Assembly (NCBI GenBank): GCA_965112155.1
Contig: OZ218100.1
Strand: one strand, 5' to 3'
Length of the DNA: 64,000 nt
DNA from: Podarcis liolepis
Lineage: Eukaryota
In this document: one piece after another, positions 12,067 through 25,700 of the stretch
Position numbering within the stretch: position 1 is the first letter of the stretch
Layout: every line of letters starts with the position of its first letter
Position numbers and translations under genes: made by a program
The notes under the pieces: model-generated
Databases searched by the model: none
What the model was told of the DNA's origin: nothing
The model's input: only the letters and a program-made list of their open reading frames with translations

Positions 12067-14515
12067 TTTGTAAAACCAACTATGAACACTGAAATAGCTG
12101 TGCACAGCAATGTGCAGTCCATTAGGCATTAATGGCCCATCTTTAATCTCTATCTTTAATTAAAATAATTAAAGAGATGTAAAATTATTGTTGTGGGTAA
12201 GGCCTTTGGGCTTCAGCTTTAGGTACACTTCCTTGTACTCCCATTGATTTGTGGGACTTACTACTGGGTAAACCTGCATGAGTCTGCATGGCAGATGATA
12301 TACATTTTGTCTGGCCTCACTGATTTGATGAATAGTCAGGCAGATCATAATTTGCCAGATTACAACATGGCAATGTTATACTAAGGTCCCACACATCCCT
12401 CCTCTGTATTTCTATAGACTCCCGATGAATCATATCCAGTATTTCAATCCAAAGCAACCTTACCAGCGACTAAGCCTCACTGAACGCAATGGGACTTATT
12501 TCTGAATACATGCAATGCTTTCTTAATCTAATGCAGTGGAAGCAGTATAGTTAGTATTGCCCTTATGCTAAAATGGTTCCTGGCAAATTAATTTTATCTG
12601 CCTTTGGGGGCAATAGTCCTCTGCTGTTGTTGTTTTTCTAAAAGGAATTACTAGCCACTTATTTAAAACTACAAAAATCAAAATATTGACCGTTCATTCT
12701 GTATACAAAAACATATCAAAACCAAATGGAAAGGATCAATAAGTCTTAAGTGGATTTATAAAATTTACAATACTTGTCAATACATATACAATAAATCATT
12801 CAAATTACAGAGCTACAAAATCATCAGAATCTTCATGATGCCGTCAGTATAAGGAGCCGTTTCTCTTATTCTTTCCTAATGCACAGAAATGGCAGGATGT
12901 GTGTTGGGGGGCGGGAGACACAAAACCTCTGCAGGAGTTTCTCCAGTGACACTCAGGACCCACTATGGACCATATTCTTCCAGCTACTCCCTGTCCCTCG
13001 ATTCACTCGCAGTCATTTCTTATAGTTAGTCTAGTCTAGCACCTACATGGCTCCAGTGCTGCTGAGTGTCCTTGCACGTTAGCATAGGTCGCTTATTTAT
13101 TTAAGATAGTCATATCTTGCCCTTAAACACAGAGTTCTTTTCAGGGTATAATAAATAACACATGATTTGCCCAGTGCTAGATATATGCAGGGACTACAAT
13201 GCAGGGGTGCTGCTTCCTGTTTCAGAGTAGGGTTCAGAAGGATCGGGTGGCATTTGTGCTTTCCATAGCAACTGCACATCATTCCCCATAATTAAATAAC
13301 CAGCTCCTTACATTTAATAAATTGAGCTTTCATTCAAATCATCCTCATAAAGAAAGAAAATGCACAGTTCCTGTCTAGTTGCTTCTTCTTCTTCTCCCGA
13401 GAGAGAGAAATAAAATAAAAGCTGGGTTGTTACATAGAACTATTTTGAAATACTGTGTCAAATGGCAAGAAATTAACTTTTCCAAAAATTACATATTTTT
13501 CCCCTAGCAGCTTGAAGGGAGAAGACTAACATATTTAATTTTGCACAGTGTTCGTCTGGGAGGAAATGGACTCCAGCCTTGTTCTTTAATATTTAATAAA
13601 AACTTTATTAATTTTTTTAAATAAAAGATTTCATTTCTGATTTAGCCCTACCTCTAAGGATAGCAGTAACATTTTTCTTACATGCTGTCAGGTCTGCATT
13701 TATTTGCACTTGGGGCTTTGCTTAATTATTATTATTATTTGTTCTGCTTTCCTTCAGCATTTAAACGCTTGAACTAAAAGGAAGAGGCCCCTTTTGTGCT
13801 ACATTTCAGCACAGGCCTGCTTTGACTGTTTATCATTGCGAATAAGCTATGACCACAATTCAAATATATGGCCACTGGAATCTAATCAATGGGCTTAGTT
13901 TTGTGTAATTCTGTGCTGGATTGAGGCCAGCGAGCAGGATCCAAAGGGCTAGGCATGCATAACTTCTTGTATATGCCCAGTGGGATCCTTTTCTTAAAAA
14001 GGAGAGACCCATAATATTATAAACCATATCACAGATTGCTTTGGAAAGTCGCCGCGGTTTCAAAAGTGATGTACTATGTGGCCTGCAGTTCCAAATCCCT
14101 CTTGGATGCATGGAAATGTTATACGGTCCTTTGTATAAAGACAGCTAAGCCTCACTGATTCACTCACTGTGTGAGAGGAGTGTCAATAGCTTTAAGTTAC
14201 TACCACAACACACAGAAAGCTAAAATCTGATATATGTGTGGTGTTAAGACAATCTGGTTACTAGAAAAATCTAAAAATGGGACGTTCTTTTTCTTCCTCC
14301 ATCTCTGAACAGCAGCCAATATGTATACTGTGGTATACATGCATACATGTACTTTACAAAATATATATTCTGCCTTCCCACTAACACATAACAGAACCCA
14401 TAATGCCAGGGGTGGGGCCAGCAACGCAACCCCACACCTCCTTCTCCATGCATGCAGTCTGTGTCTGGAGAACAAGTGAAGAGGGCTAATGGTCAGACAC
14501 AGTAATGCTTCTGGA

Positions 14516-14866
14516 CAGTGCTCCCCCCCAAAAAAAAATGTTTAGGGGTACTCTCCTTTTGACTCAAGAAAATCACAATGTTATAGTTCAGATCAGGAAA
14601 AGTAAATACAGTAAATACAATGAAACTGACCAATCACCATGCTGGAGTCCAACTCCTACTTCACACATTAAACGCTCGCTTCCATCTGAGACTCAGGAAA
14701 CACTGTGACAGGAAATGAGGCTGCCATTGGGGGTAGCAGCGGAACTGACAATTCACCGTGCTATTCAATGGAACTGATTAAAAAATTTTAAGTTTCTTCT
14801 CCCATTAGATTCACAAAATGTTTAGGGGTATGCGTACCCCTGCGTCACTCCAGAAAAAAAGCACTA
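14516..14866. mobile_element. hAT-type MITE inserted in a CR1 3' end
   Basis: ends CAGTGCT... and ...AAAAAAAGCACTA; 8-bp TSD cttctgga/cttcggga (7/8); CR1 3' sequence resumes at 14867-15026. Confidence 0.75.
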
Positions 14867-15256
14867 CTTCGGGATAGCTGTTTCTGGAAACTGCAGGAGG
14901 GGGAAGTGCTCTTGGGCTTGGTTTCTGCTTTCAGGTTTCCCCTCAGGCAACTGGTTGGCCACTGTGAGAACAGGATGCTGGTCAAGATGGGCTATTGGCC
15001 TGTTCCAGCAGGCTCTCATGTTCTTAAATTGGATTATAAAGGAAGGGATGTCACTGCTTTAAATTAAAACACAAATATTTGTATTTATGGAGCCTTTTAG
15101 GTATAAAGGATGGAGCTGACATGTTCTTGCTGAGTAAATAGAAATAGGAAGGTCTAAACCTTCGTCTCATGACCCATCCTAGCATTAGATTCACATGTGG
15201 AAGACGAGCGGACTTATGCTAGCTGGCTCTAGCCCCAAAATCTATGCATTCAACAG

Positions 15257-15824
15257 TGTCAGGGACTAGGCAGAAGAGGAATGATGGAGACTGCTCCCCA
15301 GCTTGACCCTTCCAAGGGAGGAGGAAGAGGAAGACAGGAGTTTGAGGGAGGTCACAGCTCAGAGGAGGAAAGATGGAAAATAATGGCAGAGTAGGAGGAG
15401 GAAGCACCAGAGGGGCGACAGCTGATAGTCACAGTGTCTTTAGAAAGCATTCCAGGCCCCTCCTCTCCCAGAACCCAGCGAGCCATGAAAGTAGGAGAGC
15501 AAAGAGCTCAAAGAAAGAGGGTACTTATCAGCACCCCTAGGAGAGACAATGAAAGTGACGAATGAGGAAGTGGGAGAGACGGGGCGGGGTGGAGATTCAC
15601 TTGGGACAACGCCATTATCCAAGAAGCTGGGTTCTATGGTCTCTCTCTGTAAATACTGAATAAAAAGTGGATGGTAAGAAACATTTCCTTGTCTTTGTAC
15701 ATTCCTGGGCAACCAGCCAGGAGTCGCTGGCAGCAGCTTGAGAAACAGTGGCAGATTTAGGGGAGCACGACTAGTTCAGTCGCACTGGGCACAGAGCCTC
15801 GGGGGCTCCACAGGGTGTGCCACA
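15257..15824 (+). mobile_element. putative solo LTR (purine-rich family)
   Basis: TGTCAGGGAC start, GAG-rich body, AATAAA at ~15659, ends ...CCACA; TSD not resolved. Confidence 0.4.
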
Positions 15825-16769
15825 GCTATGAGGTAGAACGGAAGGCAATAGCCAAATTTGGCATCACACAGGGCACCACTGATATTTGAGACTCCAAAGT
15901 CCTCCACTGCATTCAGCACGAGTTGAAAAAGTGCTGTATGTGGGGATAGTGAGTTGGGATAGTAGGTGTGATCCTGCTTCATGATCAACACATTATCTGT
16001 ATGCTATGGATGGATCATGAGAAGAGACTCTAGCCATCTGTTCTGAGTATTAGCATTAGGAAATCAATTATGAAGTTCCTAGATTGGGGAAAATGCTTGT
16101 GAAGCGCCAGCACACTAAGAAGACTGACTTCCCACTACATTAAATATAATTAGTGCCCACAGGAGCTGTGAGGAGTATGAAAGCCACATGACCCTTCCTC
16201 AAAGGATGCTACATTTGAATGTTCTGGAAAGGAGAGGGGGCTTAATGTGGACCTGCATGTACTTAGTATTGTTTGGGAGACCACATCTAAGCTCTCCTTG
16301 AGGACTATTTCCAGCACCCTCAAAATAGCATGGTTATTTTTCAGGTCTAGCCCAAAGACTGCACAACAATTTCACTGCCTTGCAAAGTAATTGCATGGAT
16401 GTTAATTGAGCTTGCGCTGATGAGGTGCAAAAGTCAGATTATTGCCACAGGGCCCATTTGGGGGTGTAGAGAATAAACAGACTCAACTACGCAGGGAATG
16501 TAGCAGTAGGATGGTGGCGATCTTTGCAAGAGCATCACTGTACTCTCCAGTTTTACAGCTGAGAGCAGGGGGAATGGCATCTTGGCAACTCCTAGTACAG
16601 TGTAAAATCGACTGCCAGGTCCCATATGCTGCAGATGGCTGTGCCATGCACTTATTTCACATCCCATATATCAGGGAAAGAGGAACTGTGAAGAACTCCC
16701 ATGCAGAAAATGGAGAAGGCTTAATTTGCGGTTGGGCAAGACACAGATTTTGACTAAATAGTAGGGGAA

Positions 16770-16921
16770 AACTTTCTAATAATGGGAAGGGGTGTTAGAC
16801 AGCACAACAGACTGCCTTGGGAAGGGTGGAGGGAGCTTTCCTTCACTGGAGGTCTTTAAGTAAGGGCTAGATGGGATCCTGTAGCTGCTGTTTACACTAG
16901 ATAGGCATGGTATAAATAATA

Positions 16922-16963
<42 letters not shown>

Positions 16964-17021
16964 TTTAGATTCTGCACTGATCAGGGGGTTAGACTAGATG
17001 ACCTATGAGGTCCCTTCTGAC
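16770..17021 (+). mobile_element. CR1 LINE 3' fragment with internal (TTA)n
   Basis: cttcactggaggtctttaag...ggggttagactagatgacctatgaggtcccttc, a typical CR1 terminus. Confidence 0.7.
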
Positions 17022-18165
17022 TAGAGATGGATGAATCTGTCAATTTCAGTTTCTCTTTTTTGAATAATAATAATAATAATCTCAGAGGTTTTTAATAGGT
17101 TCAGTTTACCACATTTCCACAATCAGTTTGTGGATTATTATTATTTAAATAGTCTCATGAAGATTCATCAGCATTTTAATGTGCATTTCTTCTAATATAT
17201 TACTACTACAGTACTACTACTATTACCAGGAGCAGAATACAGTAACATTAAAACCATAATTAAAACACTAACTAAAAAAAGCCATAACACACAGGCGCAA
17301 AACTATAAAGCAGTAGATGGCAATGAGTCCTGAGCAGTTCAGTCCCTTACTATGAGCCAGAAAATAGGCATTTGAAAGCAATCTGAGAGAGGGTCTGCCT
17401 CCAGAGTACTGTGACTTCTAGTACTAGCAAAGATCAATTTTAGAACATGAAAACCTGTATTCTGCAAGCCAAATGTTCAAATCTGGTGCACATTACAATC
17501 TAAGAATGTAGTGAAAAATAAGTAATGCACCTAATAAGTAGGTATAGTGTGAGGCTATAGAAGTGGCAAGATCATATCAGTTGCAGTTCTAAACAACCTG
17601 TGATGAGTGCCATTCTGGAGCTCTTTTAAAAGACACAGAATAAGTCTCTTTAGCCCATGACAAACATTGGAAGTGCACAAGCCTTCTGTGAGGAAAGGAG
17701 TAGTCAGTGGATTTGCTCTGCATTTGTTCTGGTGTAATTGAGAGGACAATTTGCCTCCAGGACTACAATAAACAAGAGCAACCACAAATGAACTGTGAAG
17801 GTGATTGGGTTATTCTCTCATGTACAAAAGCAAAACTACATGGCAGATTCCGTTCCTGCAGGATGTGATTAACTCCTGTTGACTTAATTGTGTCTTGTGG
17901 GGAGAACTGGGCCTTGCAGGAAAAAAAATGTGTTGCTGCCAGTGTGGTTCCACAATCGTAAAGTCACACACACACAAGAATAGGAAGATTTGTTTGTTTG
18001 TTTTTTAAGATGCTATTTTCGTGTGCTTTTTACTGGTCATTGGTTCTTTTCTCTACAGCTGAGGTGGAGAACCCGTCACCCTCCATTTCCCCCCCATACC
18101 TGCTTTAGAGCTTGTTGCCTTGTTGGAAAAGACTAAGGTCTATCTTGTGGGTACAAAGGTGATAA

Positions 18166-18303
18166 CAGACCCTCCAAGTGTCTCTGTTTTCCAGGGACAG
18201 TCCCAGATTTTCAGAAACCATCCCCATTTCTGATTTTATCCCAGAATGTCCCGCTTTTCCTTAGGCCGTCCCTATCTTCATCAGAGAAATGTTGGAGGGT
18301 ATG
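18166..18303. mobile_element. 138-bp MITE with 6-bp TSD
   Basis: TIRs CAGACCCTCCAA / TTGGAGGGTATG; flanked on both sides by TGATAA (18160-65, 18304-09). Confidence 0.8.
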
Positions 18304-18422
18304 TGATAACCCTCCCAAGTTAGTTCTCTGCAGTTTCCAGTCGTCAGAGGTATACTGCTCTGTAGATGGAAGTTCATGGGCAATAATTATACATGGACAG
18401 ATCCATAATAAATATTCTAATC

Positions 18423-18750
18423 TTTTTTTAAAAAAATAATTATTAAAGATTTTCTTGTGAACAAAAAAGTACATATAATGCCTCCACTTTCAATTCATAG
18501 AGTCTTTTTCACAGTTTATTTACATTTGGTATGAGACACTTGTAGACATTATGCGGTTGGTGGGAAAGAGAGAGGGAAATGATCAGGGCTTACCCTGCAC
18601 AGTGTTTGAGCAAGGTTTTTATGTCACTGTCATGTGAGTAGATCCTTAATTTATTTGTTTGTTTTTGTTGGCGGTGTGAAAGATTAGAGAAAGAAAAGAT
18701 TAGAGGTTCCAGAACTTGGTTGGTTGTGTTTGGTTGATTGCAGTGTGGTT

Positions 18751-18793
<43 letters not shown>

Positions 18794-19116
18794 TGTTGTT
18801 GGATCAGATTAGCCATATCGATCCATAGGCTGTGAGGCGGGGGTGGGGGAATAGGCCATTGTCTTGTTGTGCTGAATATGTGATAAAGGGATGGCATACC
18901 AGGGTGAAGGTGTCCTCCTTTGCTTGCCCCTGTGCTCGTTTAAGTTTGTCGGTTAACTTTTCTAATAGGGCAGCTTCCTGTACATTTTGGTGCCAGTGGT
19001 CCATATTCACCCCTGAAAGGTCTTTCCAGCGATAAGCTGTGATGTTTCTAGCTGCTGAGCGTTAGTGACCTATGAGTTCCTTGTTGTGTGGATGTACATG
19101 GTTGTCCAGGAAGCAT
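18423..19116 (-). mobile_element. L1 LINE 3' fragment (ORF2 C-terminus and 3' UTR), decayed
   Basis: minus strand reads ...SAARNITAYRWKDLSGVNMDHWHQNVQEAALLEKLTDKLK...FTLVCHPFITY, fitting the AAR-x-WK...W...EKLT...PF end of non-mammalian L1 ORF2; (GT)n in the UTR; T-tract at ~18423. Confidence 0.7.
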
Positions 19117-21358
19117 ATATTTTTTTTATTAAAAAAAATAGCCATCCAAGCTAGTGGATCTATCTTTGTCTTCTGAGTTAGAGACCCACTTGGAAAGCAA
19201 AACACAAATTACTTTAGTGGTGATAAACCTGTAAGAAAAGCTCCCACATTTGTGACTGTTTCAAACCATTTGAATTGTCCTAATTTTCTTCATTTTTTAA
19301 GGCTGGGTTTGTTATTATTCTTTTGGTAAGGCCAATGTCAATGGCAGACCAAAGGGACATTTTGTATTTGCATACCTGCTAATGAATAAACACATGCAAA
19401 TGAGCAGTGGCCTATTTTCTTTTCCCTTTGAGAGAGGAGCAACCCTAAATCACACTGCTACCAACATGGTCGAGAAGCATCAAATGCATCTCTTGCTTTA
19501 GGTCAGAGAACAAACTGCAGTCAGCAGGCCTGTTTTATCACTATTAACCATCAGCTTCTAATTCAGAAACAAAATGGATTTCCTTTTGTATAAGAACCTA
19601 AACAGATGAAGTCTTGGAGAGGTAGTGAAGGACAACAACTAAGGAAACCCAACCCTGATGCAGAAGGGCTTTGGTTCAGATCGCACCCCTGTGGTGAACA
19701 AAGCAGTAGGCAGCCAACACAAGACACCACCTGTCAGGTCAAGTTGCCCATATGCAATTTGCCAGTGATGTCAGGTGAATAAGACATGTCAAATGTGGAC
19801 CGACAAGGATGGGGAGACAAAGATCTGGCCTGCCAGCCATAAAAGATTCCCCACCCTTGCAATATGGGAACAATGACCCAGTTTACAGGGTTGCTGTAAG
19901 GATTGCTGAGGTTAGTGATCACTGAAGTTGCTAAAGGCCCTAACTGTGCTGGCTTGGAACATGAATTCATCTCCCTTTGAGCAGCATTTGATGGGAAAGT
20001 AGGTTTGCCACTTTGCAAGTCTGTGCTCTAATGGTATTAGTTATGTGTCACTCTCAAAAAGAGTTGGATCATTGTTGTTTATATGCCTCCTTTTCTATTT
20101 TTGTGGAGGGGTGTGTGTGTTTCTCTCTCTGTGTGTGTGTGCATGCGTGTGCGTGCGTGCGTGTATAATTAATAAATTCTAGCTTCTGATGCACACTATG
20201 CTACATTTCCCTCAAAAAATTCTTCCCTGGCTCAGAAAGTAAAAGAAGGTTTCTGTGTGTGTGCCATTAGCTTTGTGCAGCAGTTCTTCCAAGTCAAATT
20301 TTTACTCTCATCTTGTTGATTGGTATGAATTACATGATCACACCAGTTGACCAAGCAGCCTTTGTTGGGTGAGCATCTTCTCAATTTCAGTCAATTCACT
20401 TGATTGTTACTTGCAAATGTTTTCTGTGGTTGCCATCCTCTTTCTAGATCCAAAATGTCTTATTGTTCCAGAGTAGGTTTGTTTTGAAAGTGAGAATGTA
20501 GCTGGATTCCTACAGCTGTTACTGGGAACTACAATTCCCAGGGGGCAATTCAGTATGGCACCACAAGTATGCATGCACAAGAATTACCGGTTAGTTTAGA
20601 TCTTTAAAAAACCCCTATTTCTTAGTGACAGTATCAATATGAAGTGCTTTGGATATTTTATTGATGATCATCATTTGAATGGAATGGTCATTTTCTCTCC
20701 TCCACCTGTGCTGCTCCCCCCAGTGAGTCCTGATCCACAGTCTGAATGAAGGAAAAGGATAAAATATTTCAAGACCGGGCAATTTCTTGTCCATTTCAAT
20801 ACCTCATTGTAAAGCAAGGTGGTTCTTTCCTCAAGACATCATCCCGTACATCCTTTGAAATGTGCTTGAGAAGCATCTTTTAGCTCTATAAATGGATATT
20901 GTCCATCAAGGACACACAACAGTTTGTACTCTCAGAGGAGTCACTCATATGTGGTGAAACAAAGAACATCACAGGAGATCAATATTGTCATGCTTTTTTC
21001 TTTTTCTTTTTACAATCTGTCAAGAGTTGGAGGTCTATGAAGGAGAAGGAGCTGAAGGTCGTCTGGCTTTACAAAAACACTTTACAGATTTCAATGTTTT
21101 AAATCCCTCATGGGATCAAAAAGAGTGGGGTTGACATTTGACTTCCCATAACCCTCCACAAGTTGGAGGAATAACATCTGTAGTGGGGAGCCTTTTCTGC
21201 TCATGTAGGCTTCGCAGTATGCTTTAGAACCCTGATCTTCAAAAGATCAAAAATCCACTATAATATACAAGTCATACTAACCTTTGTTTACTGCTCACTG
21301 GAGTATACTGGTAAAGAATCTGATACTTCTTGCGATAACCCCCAAGGACACTCTATAG

Positions 21359-21488
21359 CAGTGTCCTCAGCCCTCCAGCTGTTTTGGGACTACAATTTCC
21401 ATCATCCCTGACCACTGATCCTGTTAGCCTAGGGATGATGGGAGTTGTAGTCCCAAAACATCTGGAGGGCCGAGTTTGGGGATGCCTG
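21359..21488. mobile_element. palindromic hAT-type MITE
   Basis: ccctccagctgttttgggactacaa...ttgtagtcccaaaacatctggaggg hairpin; imperfect 8-bp TSD ctctatag/ttccatag; decayed relatives near 6320, 9610, 24455, 36175 and 47886. Confidence 0.8.
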
Positions 21489-21529
21489 TTCCATAGCTAT
21501 GGGGCAGCCACCAAGAATGTCTCTACATA

Positions 21530-21856
21530 CAGTTGTCAGCTGGTCCATCTAGCTCAGTATCATCTACACCAATAGACTTCACCAGGTGGGTTACGATCCA
21601 TTATTGACAAAGTGGGTCACATCAGTAGCACTACGACCATACAAACACATGTTTAAAAATGAAAAAGTGGATTTCCCACATGTGTGCTTTGGCTAAAACT
21701 GGGCCCTGGGTATGCAAAGGTTGAAGGCCTGGTCAACTGATCTACATTAAACTGTCATGGTTTCAGGCAGGACTATTTTCTAGTTATTGGGATATGAACC
21801 AGATACCTTTTGTATGCAGAGCAAATGCTCTACCACTGAACCACAGCTCTTCCCCA
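21530..21856 (-). mobile_element. tRNA-derived Squam3-like SINE, interrupted
   Basis: ggtccatctagctcagtat at one end and tgtatgcagagcaaatgctctaccactgaaccacagc (A-box head, reverse) at the other, with ~170 bp unrelated sequence between. Confidence 0.55.
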
Positions 21857-22718
21857 CATTGTGTGTGAGAGATAGAGGTGTTCTCACTTACACAATGCTG
21901 AGCATCGGTGTTGAGTTTGCATCGCTGTGTTGGGTTCATTGAATGATCTGAGATGTGATTGCAGGTCCATGCATGCTGTCGGGAAATGTCCCTCTCAAGA
22001 TTCTGGGGGCACTAAGCAACATTATTGGGTAGAGCTGAATCTGTGAGAATAAAACGGAGCCACTGAAATGATGGTCTTCTAAAGATGATTAGAATATTCA
22101 AGAAGCCAGAATGAGTTGCTGGGAAAATGTCACTCCTCAGCATGTTACAGCAGGAGGCTCTTAGCAGAGCTCCATGTACTACTCACAGCAGGCTCTGATA
22201 GTACAATAGCTTCTGTAACCTCTGCCTGTTCTCTGTCACTTTTCTTGTTTGGTATTATTTGTTTTATGTTGATACTGTCGGTGCACTTAAAGAGATTATA
22301 TATTTTTCCTGTGGCATAAACAAAATGACTTGGATTGCACAATGAGAATAATGGTAATGACTAGTCAGACTTGGAGGAGACTGATAGCAAGGGGAAATAA
22401 ATCTTCCGCATTCAACGGGAGTTAGGTACCACTGCTTCATAACAAATATCTTGTCAGCTTATGAGAAGGAAGCAGACCACCGCGGAGCTGGGGGAGGAAG
22501 AGATTCATTTCCAAGGGGCCCAGTTGATGGATTTGGGCTGGCTCATGCCACTGACAGCCACACAAGTGCTCAAGGAGTGTGTAGGTTCCTTAAGCTCTCA
22601 CAACTAGGCCCAATGCTAACTGAGTTATCATTTGCGTAAACTGGGGGTGGCTAGCTTTTTTTGGCATCACTACAACATTGACACGAGCCAACATTGACCC
22701 TGGAAGGGCACACCACAA

Positions 22719-22739
22719 TCTCTCTCTCTCTCTCTCTCT

Positions 22740-22775
<36 letters not shown>
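22719..22775. repeat. inverted microsatellite (TC)11-T-(GA)17
   Basis: read directly from sequence. Confidence 0.97.
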
Positions 22776-22777
<2 letters not shown>

Positions 22778-25700
22778 CACTCACACTCAGCTACACAAAT
22801 CCTTCCTTTCTCAGTTGAGGAAGCAGGGATTTTTTCCTGTTCTCCACTCATCAAATGATTGACCTGGTAACTGGGGAGGGGCTGATTTGCAGCTCTCTAA
22901 GGGCACTGTGTCTACTTTATTTTTTCTTTCTGCCACCATCACAAAGTTAAAGTGTGGCAGAACCAATCATGCTGCCCTACATCCATGTCCGATGGGACAC
23001 TGCCCCATCAACCTCAGTCTGCCCTCAGCTGGTCTCCACCTGCCTACCTGCACCACTGTAGCTTCCCCTTCATCTCAGTTGCCCTTGTAGGATGGAAGAA
23101 GAGGAGGATGGGATTAAAACTAGACTTAGTTGATTCAGTCTGCCAATGACTCTGTCTCTACCTACTGTTCACCTCTTGCCTTCTGTCCTACCAGTCCCAA
23201 CGGGCACCAGCTGTTACTGGTCTTTGAGATCACTTGGATTATATTGTCTCAGTAACTTTGAAACCATCCACATCATACATTTAAAACACTCAGGGTTCCC
23301 CCCCCCCCAGCTGGAACTTACTGGAACTCAGTTCTGGGACTTCTCATATGGCTGCCATTGCCATTATAAGAGAACAAGGAAGAAGTTTCTAGAAAAATAG
23401 CATTGCTCTTGCATCACTTTAACATTCCTGGCTTTCCCTAAACAATCATGGAAGCTGTCATTCATTAAGGATGCTGACCTCACAGACCTACAGTTCCCTG
23501 CACCCTTAACAAACTATAGTTCTCAGGATTCTCTGTGATTGTTAAAGTGATATAAGAGTGCTTTAAATGTATGGTGTGGATGTGTCTCTATAAAGCTTCC
23601 TGGTGCCTTTAATACCATTCTACATGTCCCCATTCAAAAACACAAAAGGTGTTTACCATGAATATGGGAATACCTAGCAATAGGACATAGCACACCTTAG
23701 CATGAAATCTGCCCTGGATTGAAACATGGTTCAAGAGACGACAGCTTTAGCACACTGGAGTCAGTACTCTTGAAAATCCCTGAGCAGTTTATGGCTAAGA
23801 GCAAACAAAATGATATAACCGCTTCAATCGAGCTGCATAAATTTAAAAGTTCAACTGGAGATCAGCTGGGTAATGCTCCTCTTCTGCCCCTCCTCACTGT
23901 GGAAAAACAAAAGTGGTCAGGGGGAGTGGAAGTGGTGTGCACCACAAAAGGCTGTTGCGCAAAACCGATAGGGTTAGCCTCATTCAGAGAAAGGGCAGCG
24001 CACTGTGCAGCTCAGTCATTTGCCGGGTTCTGTTTTTGTTTTGTTATTCCTCCTGGCTCCCCCCCCCTTTGGGTGCCACCCAAATGGTGAATGGTGGCAG
24101 CTGAAATGCTGCGTGAGAATAGCATTAAATATGTGTAATGTGCCATAAATAAACAGAAATAGACAGCCAGGAAGCTGCGGTAATCGCTGCTTTGATGTAG
24201 TATGAATTATGGTCCCTGTGAAAGCTTCGTGTCCCTGGGTATGCTCATTTGTGCTCAGTTGCTACTGCCTTGGGAAGACACTGAATCCAGTTTTCCATCT
24301 CCAGATTTCTCCCTTTTGCATGAACAGCTGTTGTCCCTTGACTCAGAGGAATGTGATCTCCCCGTCTTCTCTCATTTCCCTGCATGCTTGCTCTTTCTCT
24401 GCCCTGCAGTTGGGAGCAGTGACACTGGACCACTGGCCCTCTCCCAGGAATGAGGAGCCCTCCAGATGTCCCCCTCCCCCTGATGTTTTGAACTACAACT
24501 CCCATCAGTCTTAGCCAGCAAGGTCAGACGAGAGGCTGCCGCTCATGTTCCTGTGCAAATTACCAGGCTGAAAACACACCTCTTGTAGAGAACAGCTTCT
24601 TGAAACCTCGGGTTTTGTCTGAGTTTGTATCTTTCCTTAAAATGCCCCTGTGCTGAACCGACACCAAAACAGCTCCGCTGGGGCTAACAGCAACACAGAT
24701 AAGTCTCTGGTGGCACTTTAATCATCAGGCTGTCTAGTCCTGCTAGGAATAGGGTTTTTTGTTTTGTTTTTTTTAAAGGGCAGGCAGTTAGATCATTGCA
24801 AATCTTATGCTCTTGCCGTTGCTTGCTGTTTCCTACAGATATGGCACCGTCATGTCAACAGGTTTCTATTGACTTTTTCACGGAGTTGCATAGCACGCGG
24901 CTGCTTGGAGTAATCTGCTGTCAGATCCTGATACAGTAGTGAAGCATCTTATTAAACCAGGCTTGCCTTTCTCCCCGCAGCTTTTCTTAAAAAAAACACC
25001 TTTAAAAAAACAAAATATGGTACATTGCATTATCATTTTACCTTCACTTGACCATTTTGCTGTTATTTTGATTATGTGTTTTTTTATCTTTTCAAATTGC
25101 TTAGCCTGGGTGGCCACAAATGAGACGAAAAGTGCTTAAATGCTGCTGAGGTTCAAGCAATGCGCTGACCTTATGATAATTTAGGTGTCACAGGGCACCA
25201 ATAAATGCCAAAGAGCTGTCTTCCGTTCCATAACTAGCTAGATAACTGCTCTAGGATGCGATAAAGCTTCCACCCCGCCTGCTAGTACTCTTAATGAACT
25301 ATGAGCAATAAAGTTTCCTTCTTTAGACTGGTGTCTATGAGAGTCCTCTAGTGGCAGAAAGTATTAAGGCCCCAGATTCTAAAGCAATACGCATTTGACT
25401 CAAAAAACTCCATTACGCAAAGGCTCCTTCAAATCCCAAACTTAACAAAAAAGCAATTTTGTAGTCAGGGATGAAACGGGGGTGGTAACATGGGAGATTG
25501 TTTCGGTTTTAAATAATTGTCTGGAATGATGGTACTTGTTCAATTTACATAGCATTACCTTCAGAACTTTCTCGCATGCTATAAAGCCACTCATACCATC
25601 TCACCTACCAGTCCCAGTCCTCCATATGTTCTTAGCAGGTCCCAAAATACATACATTATGGAGTTTCCAAAATGATAGACCATTCGTAAGAAATCGATCT

